Assembly (NCBI GenBank): GCA_963709345.1
Contig: CAVPVX010000002.1
Span: forward strand, 64,001 to 128,000
Source of the DNA: an uncultured Actinomycetes bacterium
GTDB taxonomy: Bacteria > Actinomycetota > Thermoleophilia > UBA2241
Reading direction: 5' to 3'
DNA length: 64,000 nucleotides
Each line of letters begins with the position of its first letter. Positions within the stretch are counted from its first letter, which is position 1. Positions 13,427 to 23,207 of this stretch are shown here, piece after piece. The notes under the pieces were generated by a model. It saw only the letters and a list, made by a program, of their open reading frames with translations, ran no database searches and was not told where the DNA came from. The translations under genes were made by a program, and so were the position numbers.

Positions 13427-13719
13427 TCAGAGACCGAGTCTATGCTTCGCCTCGGCCAGCGTCACCCCGGTCACCTTGAGCAGCTTGCGCCGCGACCGGG
13501 CGCCGGCGGCCACCGAGACGTCGCTCCGCCGTACCCCGAGCGTCTTGGCGAGCAGGCGCACGAGCTCGTCGTTCGCGCGACCCTCGATCGCCGGTGCGGC
13601 CAGACGGACACGCAGGCGACCGTCGACCACGCCGCTCACCTCGCTGCGGCGCGCTCCGGGCGCGACCCAGACGCTGAGACCCAGCCCGTCGCGCCCGTCC
13701 CTCAGCGGCGTCTGCTCAC
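13427..13719 (-). CDS. DUF167/YggU family protein (5' end lacks an in-frame canonical start)
   Basis: LSVWVAPGARRSEV...LRVRLAAPAIEGRANDEL...LGV...G.RSR.K; typical position after divIVA. Confidence 0.8.
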
Positions 13720-14762
13720 CACTTGAACTCGTTCTCGTTCACCCCGCTGTCGACATCGGCCAGCAGGTCGTCGCTCTCCCCGAACAGGATGCGCTCCCTG
13801 GCCGGCGCCGCTTCCGGCGCCGCGGGACTCACCTCGTCCGCCACGTCATCCGCCTGCTCGGCCTCCGGCGCGGGACCGCGACTCATGGTGACCTCGGGCT
13901 CGTCGGGAGCCCGACGGCGCCCACCCTCGACGCCGCGTCGTGCCGTGACCACGGCGCCGTCCGCGGGCGCGGATGCGCCCCTCGGCTGCGCCGGCTCTGC
14001 CGCGGACGCCGGCGCGGATCCCGCGACCGGGACGGCAGCGACCGGCGGGGCAGGCTCTACCGGCCGAGCAGGCTCCACCGGCGGGGCAGGGTCCACCGGC
14101 GGCGCAGGCTCTACCGGCCGAGCAGGCGCGTCCGGCCCGACCGGCTCGGGGCGCGCCGTGGCCGGCTGTGTCGCGGTGACGTCGGGCGCCACGGATCCCG
14201 GCTGCGGCCGGACCGAGGCCGCCGGAACCGCCGGCCCGGAGACCGTCTCTCTGGCGATGGCCTCCTTGATCGCCTCCGCCTGCCGGGCGAAATCGCCTTC
14301 TGGCGCCGCCGTCCGGGAGGCGGGGGCGTCGCCCAACTGCTGCAGATACCCGTCGAGCAACTGCCGGAACCTGAAGCGGAAGTCGTCCCGCGCGCTCTTC
14401 AGCTTGGCCGTCGCCTGTTCGAGCGACTGCCGTTCCGTGTACGCCTCGTCGATCATCTGACGCGCCTTGAGCTCGGCGTCCTGCAGGATGAGCTGCGCCT
14501 CCTTGCCCGCGTTCCGCTTCTGCTCCTCGGCGCTGGCCTGCGCGTTCACGAGCGTCTTCTGCAGCGTCTCTTCGATGCGCTGGTAACCGGCCACCTTTTC
14601 CTCGAGGGCTTCGACGCGCTCGCGGAAGTCGATGTTCTCCTTGAACAGGCGCTCATACTCGTCGGCCACCTCGTCAAGAAACTCGTCGACCTCGACGTCG
14701 GCGTAGCCACGCATGCCGCGCTTGAACTCCTTGTGACGGATGTCCAGCGGTGTGAGCTTCAT
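13716..14762 (-). CDS. divIVA: DivIVA-domain protein with Pro/Ala-rich C-terminal extension
   Basis: MKLTPLDIRHKEFKRGMRGY...EVDEFLD, coiled coil. Confidence 0.9.
   Translation of the reverse strand: MKLTPLDIRHKEFKRGMRGYADVEVDEFLDEVADEYERLFKENIDFRERVEALEEKVAGYQRIEETLQKTLVNAQASAEEQKRNAGKEAQLILQDAELKARQMIDEAYTERQSLEQATAKLKSARDDFRFRFRQLLDGYLQQLGDAPASRTAAPEGDFARQAEAIKEAIARETVSGPAVPAASVRPQPGSVAPDVTATQPATARPEPVGPDAPARPVEPAPPVDPAPPVEPARPVEPAPPVAAVPVAGSAPASAAEPAQPRGASAPADGAVVTARRGVEGGRRRAPDEPEVTMSRGPAPEAEQADDVADEVSPAAPEAAPARERILFGESDDLLADVDSGVNENEFKW
14041..14126. repeat. Imperfect 18-bp in-frame tandem repeat (~5 copies) encoding PA(R/P)PV(E/D) in divIVA
   Basis: accggcggggcaggctct / accggccgagcaggctcc / accggcggggcagggtcc / accggcggcgcaggctct / accggccgagcagg. 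Confidence 0.8.
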
Positions 14763-14826
14763 CGTGCTCCCTTCTCGCTCTCGCGGCCCGCGCCGCTCAA
14801 CCTGTCCATCTCCCGGGTCGCCACCG

Positions 14827-15621
14827 CTACGCCAGTTCCCCCGCTCGCCGGGATGCGGTCTCGACCGCGTGATCGATCGCGGCCGCGATCTCGTGCTCCT
14901 CGAGGGTCGCGATGGCCGCCGCCGTCATTCCGCCGGGAGTCGCGCCGGCGGCGATGATCGCCGCGGGGTCTCCCTGCTTGGCGATCATCGCGGCGGCGCC
15001 GTACACGCCGCTGATGGCGAGACGCACAGCCACATCCGGGGCGAGGCCGCGACGCTCCGCGGCGCTCGCGAAGTCGCGCACGACCATGGCCAGAATGCCG
15101 GGCATGCACCCGGCGACCACCGTCGCTGCGTCGAACTCGCTTTCGCGCATGGGCACGACGATGCCGGCACGGGCGAACACCGCCGCCACCACGTCCTCGT
15201 CGTCGCCCAGAGTGCCCGGCACCAGGAGGAAGACGCCCAGACCGAGAGCCGCGGCGAGGTTCGGCATCACCCGGCCGACCTTCGCGTCGTCGGGAAGTGC
15301 CGCACGCAGCCGCTCCATCGAGACCCCGGCGGCGACGGAGACCAGCACGCGCGACCCGAGCAGGCCGGCCACGTCGGCCAGCACTCCCTCCACGTGGTGC
15401 GGGCGCACCGCGACCACCACCACGTCGGCGGACTCGACCAGCCCCGCAAGGGTCGGCGCCGCAGCGCCACCGGTCTCACGCGCTGCGAAGGCGGCCGCAG
15501 CGGGAACGACGTCGTAGAAGGACAGCATGATCGTGTCGTCCGCACCGGTCCGCGCGAGGCCCTGCGCCATCGCGCGCGTGATGTGCCCGGCGCCGACGAA
15601 GCCGACGTTCACGGTCGACAA
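14827..15621 (-). CDS. proC: Pyrroline-5-carboxylate reductase
   Basis: GFVGAG Rossmann motif, VAVRP, SVAAGV, RVMPN, TPGGMT. Confidence 0.85.
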   Translation of the reverse strand: MSTVNVGFVGAGHITRAMAQGLARTGADDTIMLSFYDVVPAAAAFAARETGGAAAPTLAGLVESADVVVVAVRPHHVEGVLADVAGLLGSRVLVSVAAGVSMERLRAALPDDAKVGRVMPNLAAALGLGVFLLVPGTLGDDEDVVAAVFARAGIVVPMRESEFDAATVVAGCMPGILAMVVRDFASAAERRGLAPDVAVRLAISGVYGAAAMIAKQGDPAAIIAAGATPGGMTAAAIATLEEHEIAAAIDHAVETASRRAGELA

Positions 15622-15678
15622 GCGCGGCGAAGCGCGGCGGAACGGGTCACGGTGCGCCGGCCGGAGGCCTGCGGCGCC

Positions 15679-16209
15679 TCAGAATTGATTGAAGAAGCCC
15701 TTCTCAATGAGACGCGCCCGCTCCTCGGCCGAGACCTCGACATTACGCGGGGTGAGCAGGAAGATCCTCTCCCCCACCCGTTGCATGCCACCGTCGAGTG
15801 CGTAGGTAAGGCCGCTCCCGAAGTCGATCAGTCGCTTCGACAGGTCGGTATCGGCGCTCTGAAGGTTGACGATGACGGGTACGTCGACCTTGAACTTGTC
15901 GGCGATCTGCTGGGCGTCGTTGAAGTTCTTCGGGATCACCAGGTGGACCTCGACGCGCGCGGGGCGGACCGGCTCGATGGCGCGCACGACAGGCGACGCC
16001 GGCGCGCGGCGGCGCGGCTCATCTGAGAAGATCTCGTCGTAGTCGCTGCGGCCACGTCCCCCGTTCAGCTTACGAACGTTGGGGCGCTCCTGGTAGGACC
16101 GCTCGAGCTCCTCGTGCGGGGCCATGGTCTCATCTTCTTCGTAGTCATCGTCGTCGTCGGCGATGCCGAAGTAGACCGCCACCTTGTGCCACGAATCTCC
16201 CAAGCCCAT
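15679..16209 (-). CDS. sepF: Cell division protein SepF
   Basis: N-terminal amphipathic helix (WHKVAVYFG), P..FNDAQQIAD, PVIVNL, RLIDF.SGL.YAL.G, IFLLTP. Confidence 0.93.
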   Translation of the reverse strand: MGLGDSWHKVAVYFGIADDDDDYEEDETMAPHEELERSYQERPNVRKLNGGRGRSDYDEIFSDEPRRRAPASPVVRAIEPVRPARVEVHLVIPKNFNDAQQIADKFKVDVPVIVNLQSADTDLSKRLIDFGSGLTYALDGGMQRVGERIFLLTPRNVEVSAEERARLIEKGFFNQF

Positions 16210-16228
16210 AAGGTTCCTCCCTACCGGG

Positions 16229-16927
16229 TCAGAAGAGCACGCTTCCGACTCTCACGATGGTCGCCCCTTCAGCCACTGCGACCTCGTAGTCGGCGCTCGT
16301 ACCCATCGATAGCTGCTGGAAAGTATACGTTCCGCTCCACTCTGTAGAAAGCCGCTCCGCCAGTTCGCGCGCCCGGGCGAAGTAGGGGCGCGCCTCTTCG
16401 GCGTCCTCGAACAGCGGCGGCATGCACATCAATCCGGTGAACCGCGCCTTGGGAAACGCCGCCGCCGCCTCGAGAAACGCATCCACGCCGTCGAGCGGGA
16501 CTCCGCTCTTGCTCTCCTCGCCGGCGATGTTCACTTCCAAGAGCACCTCGATGGGGTTCGCGGCGCGCGTCTCGATCTCCTGCACCACGCTGAGGCTCGC
16601 GACTGAGTGGAGGAGGCTGACGAGCGGGATCACCGTCTTCGTCTTGCGGCTCTGCAGGTGACCGATGAAGTGGTACTCGAAGGCATCTCCGAAGCGCGCG
16701 TGCTTGGCGGCGAGGTCCTGGGCGCGATTCTCGCCGATGAGCCGGACGCCGGCGTCGCGGAGCGCGCCCAGGTGGTCGACCGCGACGTACTTCGTCGCCA
16801 CGAGCACGCGTACGGACGCCGGCTCGCGACCGGCGGCCTCTGCCGCGTCACCGACCCGGCGCCGCACCTCGGCGAACCGCTCCCGAACCTTCTCCGCGTC
16901 TGGAACGAACTGTCTGACCACGAACAT
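16229..16927 (-). CDS. yggS: PLP homeostasis protein YggS
   Basis: VATKY, GENRAQ, HFIGHLQS.K, GLMCM, LSMGTS.DY..A..EGAT.VRVGS. Confidence 0.93.
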   Translation of the reverse strand: MFVVRQFVPDAEKVRERFAEVRRRVGDAAEAAGREPASVRVLVATKYVAVDHLGALRDAGVRLIGENRAQDLAAKHARFGDAFEYHFIGHLQSRKTKTVIPLVSLLHSVASLSVVQEIETRAANPIEVLLEVNIAGEESKSGVPLDGVDAFLEAAAAFPKARFTGLMCMPPLFEDAEEARPYFARARELAERLSTEWSGTYTFQQLSMGTSADYEVAVAEGATIVRVGSVLF

Positions 16928-16957
16928 CCTCCTCGGCGCCCTCTTTCTGGGGCGACC

Positions 16958-17752
16958 CTACGCTTCCTGCCGCCACGCTATCGCGAGATGCCGTCCGGTC
17001 ACGCCGCCGTCGCGCCGGTGCGAGAAGAACCGCGCGTCCGTCGCAGTGCACAGGCCGGTGACCGTCACGCCCGCCGGCGGCACGCCGGCGGCCTCGAGTT
17101 CGAGCCGCGCGCAGCGCCAGAGGTCGACGGTGGTGGCGCCGGCGGACCCCGGGAATCGGGCCGCGAACCGGCGCCGCAGCTCTTCGTCGACGGCGAAGCA
17201 GCAGGGCCCGATGCTCGGGCCCACGATCGCCGCCACCAGACGGCGACCGCGGCCGAGCTCGGCGGCCGCCTCGCCGACGATCCCGGCGAGCATGCCGCGC
17301 CAGCCGGCGTGCACGGTAGCAAGCGCCGGTCCGTCGTCTCCCGCCGCGACGATGACGACCGGCACGCAGTCCGCGTAGCTGACGACCAGCGCCAGTCCCG
17401 GAGTGCTCGTCAGCAGGCCGTCGTGATCGTGGAGCACGCTCTCGCGGTCCCGCGCACCGCGGCCGGCCTCCGCCTCGCCGACCCACACCAGCGCGACGCC
17501 GTGCACCTGGCCGGGCACGACCAGCTGCTCGGGCGGCACGCCGACGGCGACGCAGAGACGCCTCCGGTTCTCGAGCACGAGGTCGGGCGCGTCGCCGACC
17601 GAGAGCCCGAGGTTCAGAGCAGCGAAGGGCGGGCTCGAGACGCCGCCCAGCCGCGTCGGGAAGGCGGCGCTCACACCGCCCGCATCCCAGGCGAGCCAGC
17701 TCAGACCGTCGCGCTCACGCCACTCCACGCGCGGCTTCTCCACGACGTTCAT
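16958..17752 (-). CDS. pgeF: Peptidoglycan editing factor PgeF / YfiH laccase-domain protein
   Basis: TRLGGVS, LNLG, QVHG, ADCVP, HAGWRG, GPSIGPCCF, FFSHRRD. Confidence 0.92.
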   Translation of the reverse strand: MNVVEKPRVEWRERDGLSWLAWDAGGVSAAFPTRLGGVSSPPFAALNLGLSVGDAPDLVLENRRRLCVAVGVPPEQLVVPGQVHGVALVWVGEAEAGRGARDRESVLHDHDGLLTSTPGLALVVSYADCVPVVIVAAGDDGPALATVHAGWRGMLAGIVGEAAAELGRGRRLVAAIVGPSIGPCCFAVDEELRRRFAARFPGSAGATTVDLWRCARLELEAAGVPPAGVTVTGLCTATDARFFSHRRDGGVTGRHLAIAWRQEA

Positions 17753-18390
17753 CCTCCCGGGAGGATCCGGAGTGCGAGGTCGAGCACGACGCCGAAGGTG
17801 GCCTCGAAGGCGCCGGGCACGGCGACGAGCACGACGAACAGCCCGATGAAGACCATGTTGCCGAACCGGTCGAGGTCGGCCCAGCTGCGGTACACGTCCC
17901 GCGGGAGGAAGCCGCCGACGACCCGCGAGCCGTCCAGCGGCGGTATCGGGATGAGGTTCAGCGTGCCGAGGATGATGTTCAGCACGAACAGCATGTACAG
18001 CGTCTCGGCGAGGAAGAGACTCCACGTGTACGTCAACCAGATGAGCCCGGCCGCCGCCAGAGCGACGGCGAAGTTCACGGCCGGCCCCGCGGCGCCCACC
18101 CACATCATGCCGCGCTGTTCGTTCTTGAAGTGACGGGGATCGACGGGGACGGGTTTGGCCCAACCGAAGAAGAAGGTGCCCTGCGACCCCAGGAACGTGA
18201 CCCCCAGCATGATCGTCCCCCAGGTGTCGAGATGCTTCAGGGGATTGAGCGTGAGCCGCCCGTGCGCCTTGGCGGTGGGGTCGCCGAGCTTCCAGGCCAC
18301 CCAGCCGTGCGCGAGTTCGTGCAGCACGAGGCTGACCAGCAGAAGCGGGGAGATGAGCAGAAAGCGTACGAGGAGGCTGGTCTCGGTCAT
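17749..18390 (-). CDS. Site-2 protease (M50) family membrane metalloprotease
   Basis: HELAH, LGDPT..GRLTLNP, AGP..N, NLIPIPPLDG. Confidence 0.92.
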   Translation of the reverse strand: MTETSLLVRFLLISPLLLVSLVLHELAHGWVAWKLGDPTAKAHGRLTLNPLKHLDTWGTIMLGVTFLGSQGTFFFGWAKPVPVDPRHFKNEQRGMMWVGAAGPAVNFAVALAAAGLIWLTYTWSLFLAETLYMLFVLNIILGTLNLIPIPPLDGSRVVGGFLPRDVYRSWADLDRFGNMVFIGLFVVLVAVPGAFEATFGVVLDLALRILPGG

Positions 18391-21009
18391 GCCTCGACCC
18401 GCATCTTCGCCGCCGCACTGAGTTGCTCGTCGCGCGTCCGGATGACGCCGTTGAGCTTGAGGTGGAGGACGCTGCGCAGCACCTCCCCGAGCCGCGGTCC
18501 CGTGGTGAAGCCGAGCCCGAGGAGGTCTTCCCCGCCGATCTCCAGGCGCACGTGCCGGGTCGTGTCGACGAAGCGGCCGAGGCGCCCGGCCGCGATCCCC
18601 GAGTCGTCGAGCGCCATCGCCGCGAGCAGCGCCTCGGCCGGCTCGCCGTGAGCCAGCTCGTAGAGGTCGGCCTCGCTGGGGCCACGGGCGACCCGCGCGA
18701 CGAGCAGGCGGCCGACGACCAGCGCCCGCTCGAGCACCTGGGCGTCGTCGTGACGCACCCGCATGCGTCCCGTCCACGCCGCGATCTCCTCCGGCTCCAG
18801 GTCGCGGAGCAGCCAGACGAGGCGGAGCCGCCAGAGCCGGACCTCACCGGCCAGGTCGTGCACGGCGCACAGGGCATCGGCGCGCCGCACGACGTCTCTC
18901 GTGTCCTCGTCGGCGCGAAGCCGCGCGTGGATCGACGACCAGAGACCGAGCGCCTCCAGCCGCTGCAGCGAGAACTCGATCTTCTCCTCGTCCAGCAGCG
19001 CCACCAGTTCGTCGCGCAGCCGGGCCGACGACAGGTCGCCGACCAGGTCCATGGCGCAGCAGGCCCGGGCGAGATTGAGCGTATGCTCGTCCATGCGTAA
19101 TCCGTACCGGGTCTCGTACCGTATCGCCCGAAGGATGCGCGTGGGATCCTCGATGAAGCTCAGGTTGTGCAGCACCGCGATGCGGCCGGCCGCGAGGTCG
19201 TCGACGCCGCCGAAGTAGTCGTAGAGGTCGCCGAAGGTCTCCGGCTTGAGCGAGACCGCGAGAGCGTTGATGGTGAAGTCGCGGCGCGCCAGGTCGCTCC
19301 GGATCCCGGCGTGCTCGACCTTGGGCAGCGCCGCGGGGTACTCATAGGATTCGCGGCGCGTCGAGGCCACGTCCACACGCAACCGTTCCTCCCCCGAGCT
19401 GCCGGCGACCACCACCGCGGTGCCGAACTTCTCGTGCGGGCGGACGTGCCCCTTGAGGCGACCGGCGAGCTCGGTCGCGAACGCGATGCCGTCCCCCTCG
19501 ACGGCGAGGTCGACGTCGAAGCCGGGCTCGCCGAGCAACAGATCACGGACGGCACCACCGACGAGGTAGCAGCCGCGGACGCCGGCGGCGACGGCCTGGA
19601 CGTGGCGCAGCAGCTCGTCCCGGCCCAGATCCCCCAGCTCGCCGGCGAGGTTCGCGACCGCGGGAGCGGCCGGCTCCTCCGCGACGAACCCGGCCACCGC
19701 CCGCCGCGTCACCACGCCGGCGACGGCGGTCAACGGCAGCGCCCCCTCGTCACTCTCGACGTCGGCGTGCGTGACCGTCAGCCAGCCTATGACATCCTGC
19801 GCAAGCTCCAGGGCCACGCGCTCGAGAGGGGCCCCGGCGCTCACGCTGGGAACGCGCGAGCTGGTCACGGCCTTGACGGGCGCGTGCCCCAGGCCGTGCG
19901 CCCCCGCACGCTCGAGGTCGGCGAGCGCGACGCGGCCGACGAGCATCCCACCGTCGATGACCCCGACGCCCCCGTAGCCGGCGCGCCGGCACTCGAGCGC
20001 CGCCTCGTCGACGGACGTCGTTGCCGTAACCGTGGGCGGCCCCGGCTCGAGCGCGTCGGCCGCGGTGCGCACCGGCGCGACCGCCCTGCTCGCCGCCGCC
20101 GCGACATCTGCCGCCACCGCCTCCAGCGCCCTGTCCTTGACGACGGCCGACGCGGCCGCCGGGTGCCCGCCACCGCCGACGGCCGAGAGCGCCCGCGCGA
20201 CGTCGAGCCGGCCGCCCCTGCTGCGCCCCGTCACGAACACGCGGTTCTCCATTGCCACGAGCAGGAAGTACGCGTCACAGCCGGTCAGATCCATGATGCG
20301 GTGCGCGACGACGCTGACGCCCTCGACGTAGAGATCCTCGCGGAGCGTCGAGAGAAGCACTACGGCGCCGGCGATAGGCAGTTCCTCTGCCGTCCCAAGC
20401 GCCGCCGCCAGCGTGCGCCGCTGCGCCGGCGAGAGCGCGCCGGTCAGCCACCTCTCGAGCAGCGCGACGTCGGCCCCGGCGCGCATGCAGAACGCGAGCG
20501 CCTCAGCATCCCGGGCCGTCGTGGTGGAGAAGGTCAGCGACCCGGTGTCCTCGTGGATGCCGAGCGCGAAGACCGTTGCCTCGAACGGCGTGACCGGGAT
20601 CCCCCGCTCGGCGATGATGTGCACGAGGAGCGTGACCAGCGAGCCGTCGCTCGAGCTCACGAGGTCGTCCGGCCGCAGGCACGGCGGGAGGTCGCCGGTG
20701 TGCCCATGATGGTCGAACGCCACGACCTGGACCCCGCTGCGCTCGCAGAGGTCGCCGAGATCGCCCAGCCGGTTCAGGGTGCACGGTGTCGACGAGGATG
20801 AGGCGTTCGACCGTGTCCCGGTCGACGTCGCCTGGGTCGATCACCGGCACGAGATCGGCGTGCAGCGCCTGGAACTCACGAACGTTCCGGTTGACGGCCC
20901 CGCCGAGGCAGATGGACGCTTCGGGGTAGAGCTTGTGCGCGGCGACCATCGCCGCGAACCCGTCGAAGTCCGTGTTGGTGTGTGTCGCGATCAGCTCGGG
21001 TGTACGCAT
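18387..21009 (-). CDS. DHH-DHHA1-CBS-containing tRNA nucleotidyltransferase (CCA/A-adding), with a +1 frameshift near 20778
   Basis: N-terminal TH.N.DFDG in one frame; FDHH, GGGHP.AAS, GGAVRD, DVD, RRDFTINA, EDPTR in the next. Confidence 0.85.
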
Positions 21010-21044
21010 GCCTGCAGTATACGGGAGCCGGGCGTGGCCGCCCG

Positions 21045-23207
21045 TCACGCCTTGAGCAACCAGCCGAGCTCGCGCCCGAAGGCCGCGTCGACCGCCGCCT
21101 TGAGGGGCGCGTTCACCGGGCTGCTCAAGCCGGGGTCATCGGCGAGGATGCCGGCGGCCAGCTCGCGGGCGCGGAGCAGGGCGGCACGGTCGCGAGCCAG
21201 GCGGGCGAGCTTGAGATCGGGCACGCCCGCCTGACGCACGCCGAGCACCTGGCCCTCGCCGCGGATCTCCAGGTCGCGATCGGCGAGTTCGAACCCGTCG
21301 TTCGTCTCGAGCAGCGCCCCGAGACGTGCCTGAGAACTGCCCGTCTCGGGGTTCGAGAACAGGAGGCAGTAGGACTTCTCGCTGCTCCTGCCGACACGCC
21401 CGCGGAGCTGGTGCAGCTGGGCGAGCCCGAATCGCTCCGCGCCCTCGACGATCATGACGGTGGCGTTCGGCACGTCGATGCCGACCTCGATGAGGCTCGT
21501 CGCCACGAGCACGTCGACCTTGCCGGCCTTGAACGCCCCCATCACCGCATCGCGGTCCGCCGACCTGAGTTGGCCGTGCGCCACCGCGACGCAAGCGTCG
21601 CGGAACGGCCCGGCCTGCAGTCGCTCCGCCTCGGCCACCGCCGTCGCCGCGTCGATCGACTCCGACTCGTCGATGGCCGGGCACACGACGTACGCCTGGC
21701 GCCCCTTCGCCAGCTGCCGCTTCACGAAGTCGTAGCCGTCCTCGCGGCGTTCCTCGTCGACCAGACGCGTGACCACCGGCCGGCGTCCGGCCGGAGCCGC
21801 GGCGATCGTCGTCACGTCCAGGTCGCCAAACACGGTGAGCGCCAGGGTCCGCGGGATCGGCGTCGCCGTCATGTGCAGGACGTGTGGCGCGGCGTCGTCG
21901 CGCTCCGCCCGGCGCACCAGCTCGTCGCGCTGCTCCACGCCGAAGCGGTGCTGTTCGTCGACGACCAGCAGGGCGAGCCGGGCGAAGCGGACGTCATCCT
22001 GAAGCAGCGCGTGCGTGCCGATGACGACCAGCGCCTCGCCGCTCGCCACACGCTCGAGCGCCGCGCGGCGATCCTTCGCCCCGAGCGCGGCGGTCACCAG
22101 CTGCACGGGGACGAGGGCGCCGGCGAAGCGCGCCGCGGTCTCGGCGTGTTGCAGTGCCAGCGTCTCCGTCGGCGCCATGAGCACACCCTGCATGCCGGCC
22201 TCCGCGGCACGCACCAGGCAGTGCAGCGCCACGACCGTCTTGCCCGACCCGACGTCGCCCTGCAACAGCCGGCGCATCGGCACCGTGCCCCGAAGGTCGG
22301 ACTCGAGCTCGTCGAGGGCCTCGAGCTGGTGCTCAGTGAGCTCGAAGGGCAGCCCGTCCAGGAACGCCCGGCTGAGATCGCCGGGCGGAGGCAGCGCCGG
22401 GGCGCGCAGGCGCCGCTGCTGCTCGCCCTTGTGCTGCAGCAGCCCCACCTGCATGAGGACGAGCTCCTCGAGAACGAGCCGCTCCCGCGCCAGTCTCGCC
22501 GCGGCCAGGTCCCGGGGGACGTGCACGGCAAGCGTCGCGTCCGCTCGGGACGGCAGGCGCTCCCGCGCGCGGAGCGCGGCGGGCAACGGGTCCGGCAGCC
22601 GCCGCATCACCGGCGTCACCTCACGCACGAGCCCTCGCAGCAGGCGCGCCGACACCTGCTCGCTGGCGGGGTACACCGCCACTACGCCCTCCGTATGGAC
22701 CCCTTCCCCGCCCTCTTCCTCGAGGATCTCGTGGCTCTTGACGACGAACGACTGGCGCCCGCCCTGCGGCCGGAAGGTGCCTCTCAGGCTGAGCCTCATC
22801 CCTTCCGCCAGCACCTTGCCGAGATACCGCTGGTTGAACCATACCGCCTCGACGGCGCCGGTCTCGTCGCGGAGCAGCACGCGCACGACGTCGACGCGCC
22901 GGCGCGCCGTGCGGTCGGCAGTCACGCGCGCCACCTCGCCGCGGATCGTCGCCTCCTCACCCACTCTGAGCTCGCGAATCCGCTTGCGATCGCGGTAATC
23001 CTCGTAGCGGCGAGGGAAGTGATCGATGAGGTCGCCGACCGTTTCGAGGTCAAGCGACGCCAGCCGCCGGGCGACGTGGGCCGTGACGTGCTCGAGGCCG
23101 GAGAGAGGCGCGGCGAGCGCCGAGGGATCGAACGAAAGGCGCGTGACCGGCGGCCGTTCGTGGTACCGGCCGCCGCCGAAGAGGAGCGGGAGTCCGGACT
23201 CGGTCAC
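21045..23207 (-). CDS. recG: ATP-dependent DNA helicase RecG
   Basis: Wedge domain, LQGDVGSGKT, DEQHRFG, MTATPIPRT, QLHQLRGRVGR; GTG overlaps the degV stop. Confidence 0.96.
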   Translation of the reverse strand: MTESGLPLLFGGGRYHERPPVTRLSFDPSALAAPLSGLEHVTAHVARRLASLDLETVGDLIDHFPRRYEDYRDRKRIRELRVGEEATIRGEVARVTADRTARRRVDVVRVLLRDETGAVEAVWFNQRYLGKVLAEGMRLSLRGTFRPQGGRQSFVVKSHEILEEEGGEGVHTEGVVAVYPASEQVSARLLRGLVREVTPVMRRLPDPLPAALRARERLPSRADATLAVHVPRDLAAARLARERLVLEELVLMQVGLLQHKGEQQRRLRAPALPPPGDLSRAFLDGLPFELTEHQLEALDELESDLRGTVPMRRLLQGDVGSGKTVVALHCLVRAAEAGMQGVLMAPTETLALQHAETAARFAGALVPVQLVTAALGAKDRRAALERVASGEALVVIGTHALLQDDVRFARLALLVVDEQHRFGVEQRDELVRRAERDDAAPHVLHMTATPIPRTLALTVFGDLDVTTIAAAPAGRRPVVTRLVDEERREDGYDFVKRQLAKGRQAYVVCPAIDESESIDAATAVAEAERLQAGPFRDACVAVAHGQLRSADRDAVMGAFKAGKVDVLVATSLIEVGIDVPNATVMIVEGAERFGLAQLHQLRGRVGRSSEKSYCLLFSNPETGSSQARLGALLETNDGFELADRDLEIRGEGQVLGVRQAGVPDLKLARLARDRAALLRARELAAGILADDPGLSSPVNAPLKAAVDAAFGRELGWLLKA

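Noticed and set aside
14041-14126. Tandem repeats as a CRISPR array
   Set aside because: They are contiguous 18-bp in-frame coding repeats with no spacers and no cas genes.
16958-18877. Long N-terminal extensions in the ORF track (pgeF, recG, fakA, tgt, rpe, gmk, hisC and others)
   Set aside because: They overlap upstream genes in other frames and are Arg/Pro-rich junk. Starts were reassigned using RBS and stop/start overlaps.
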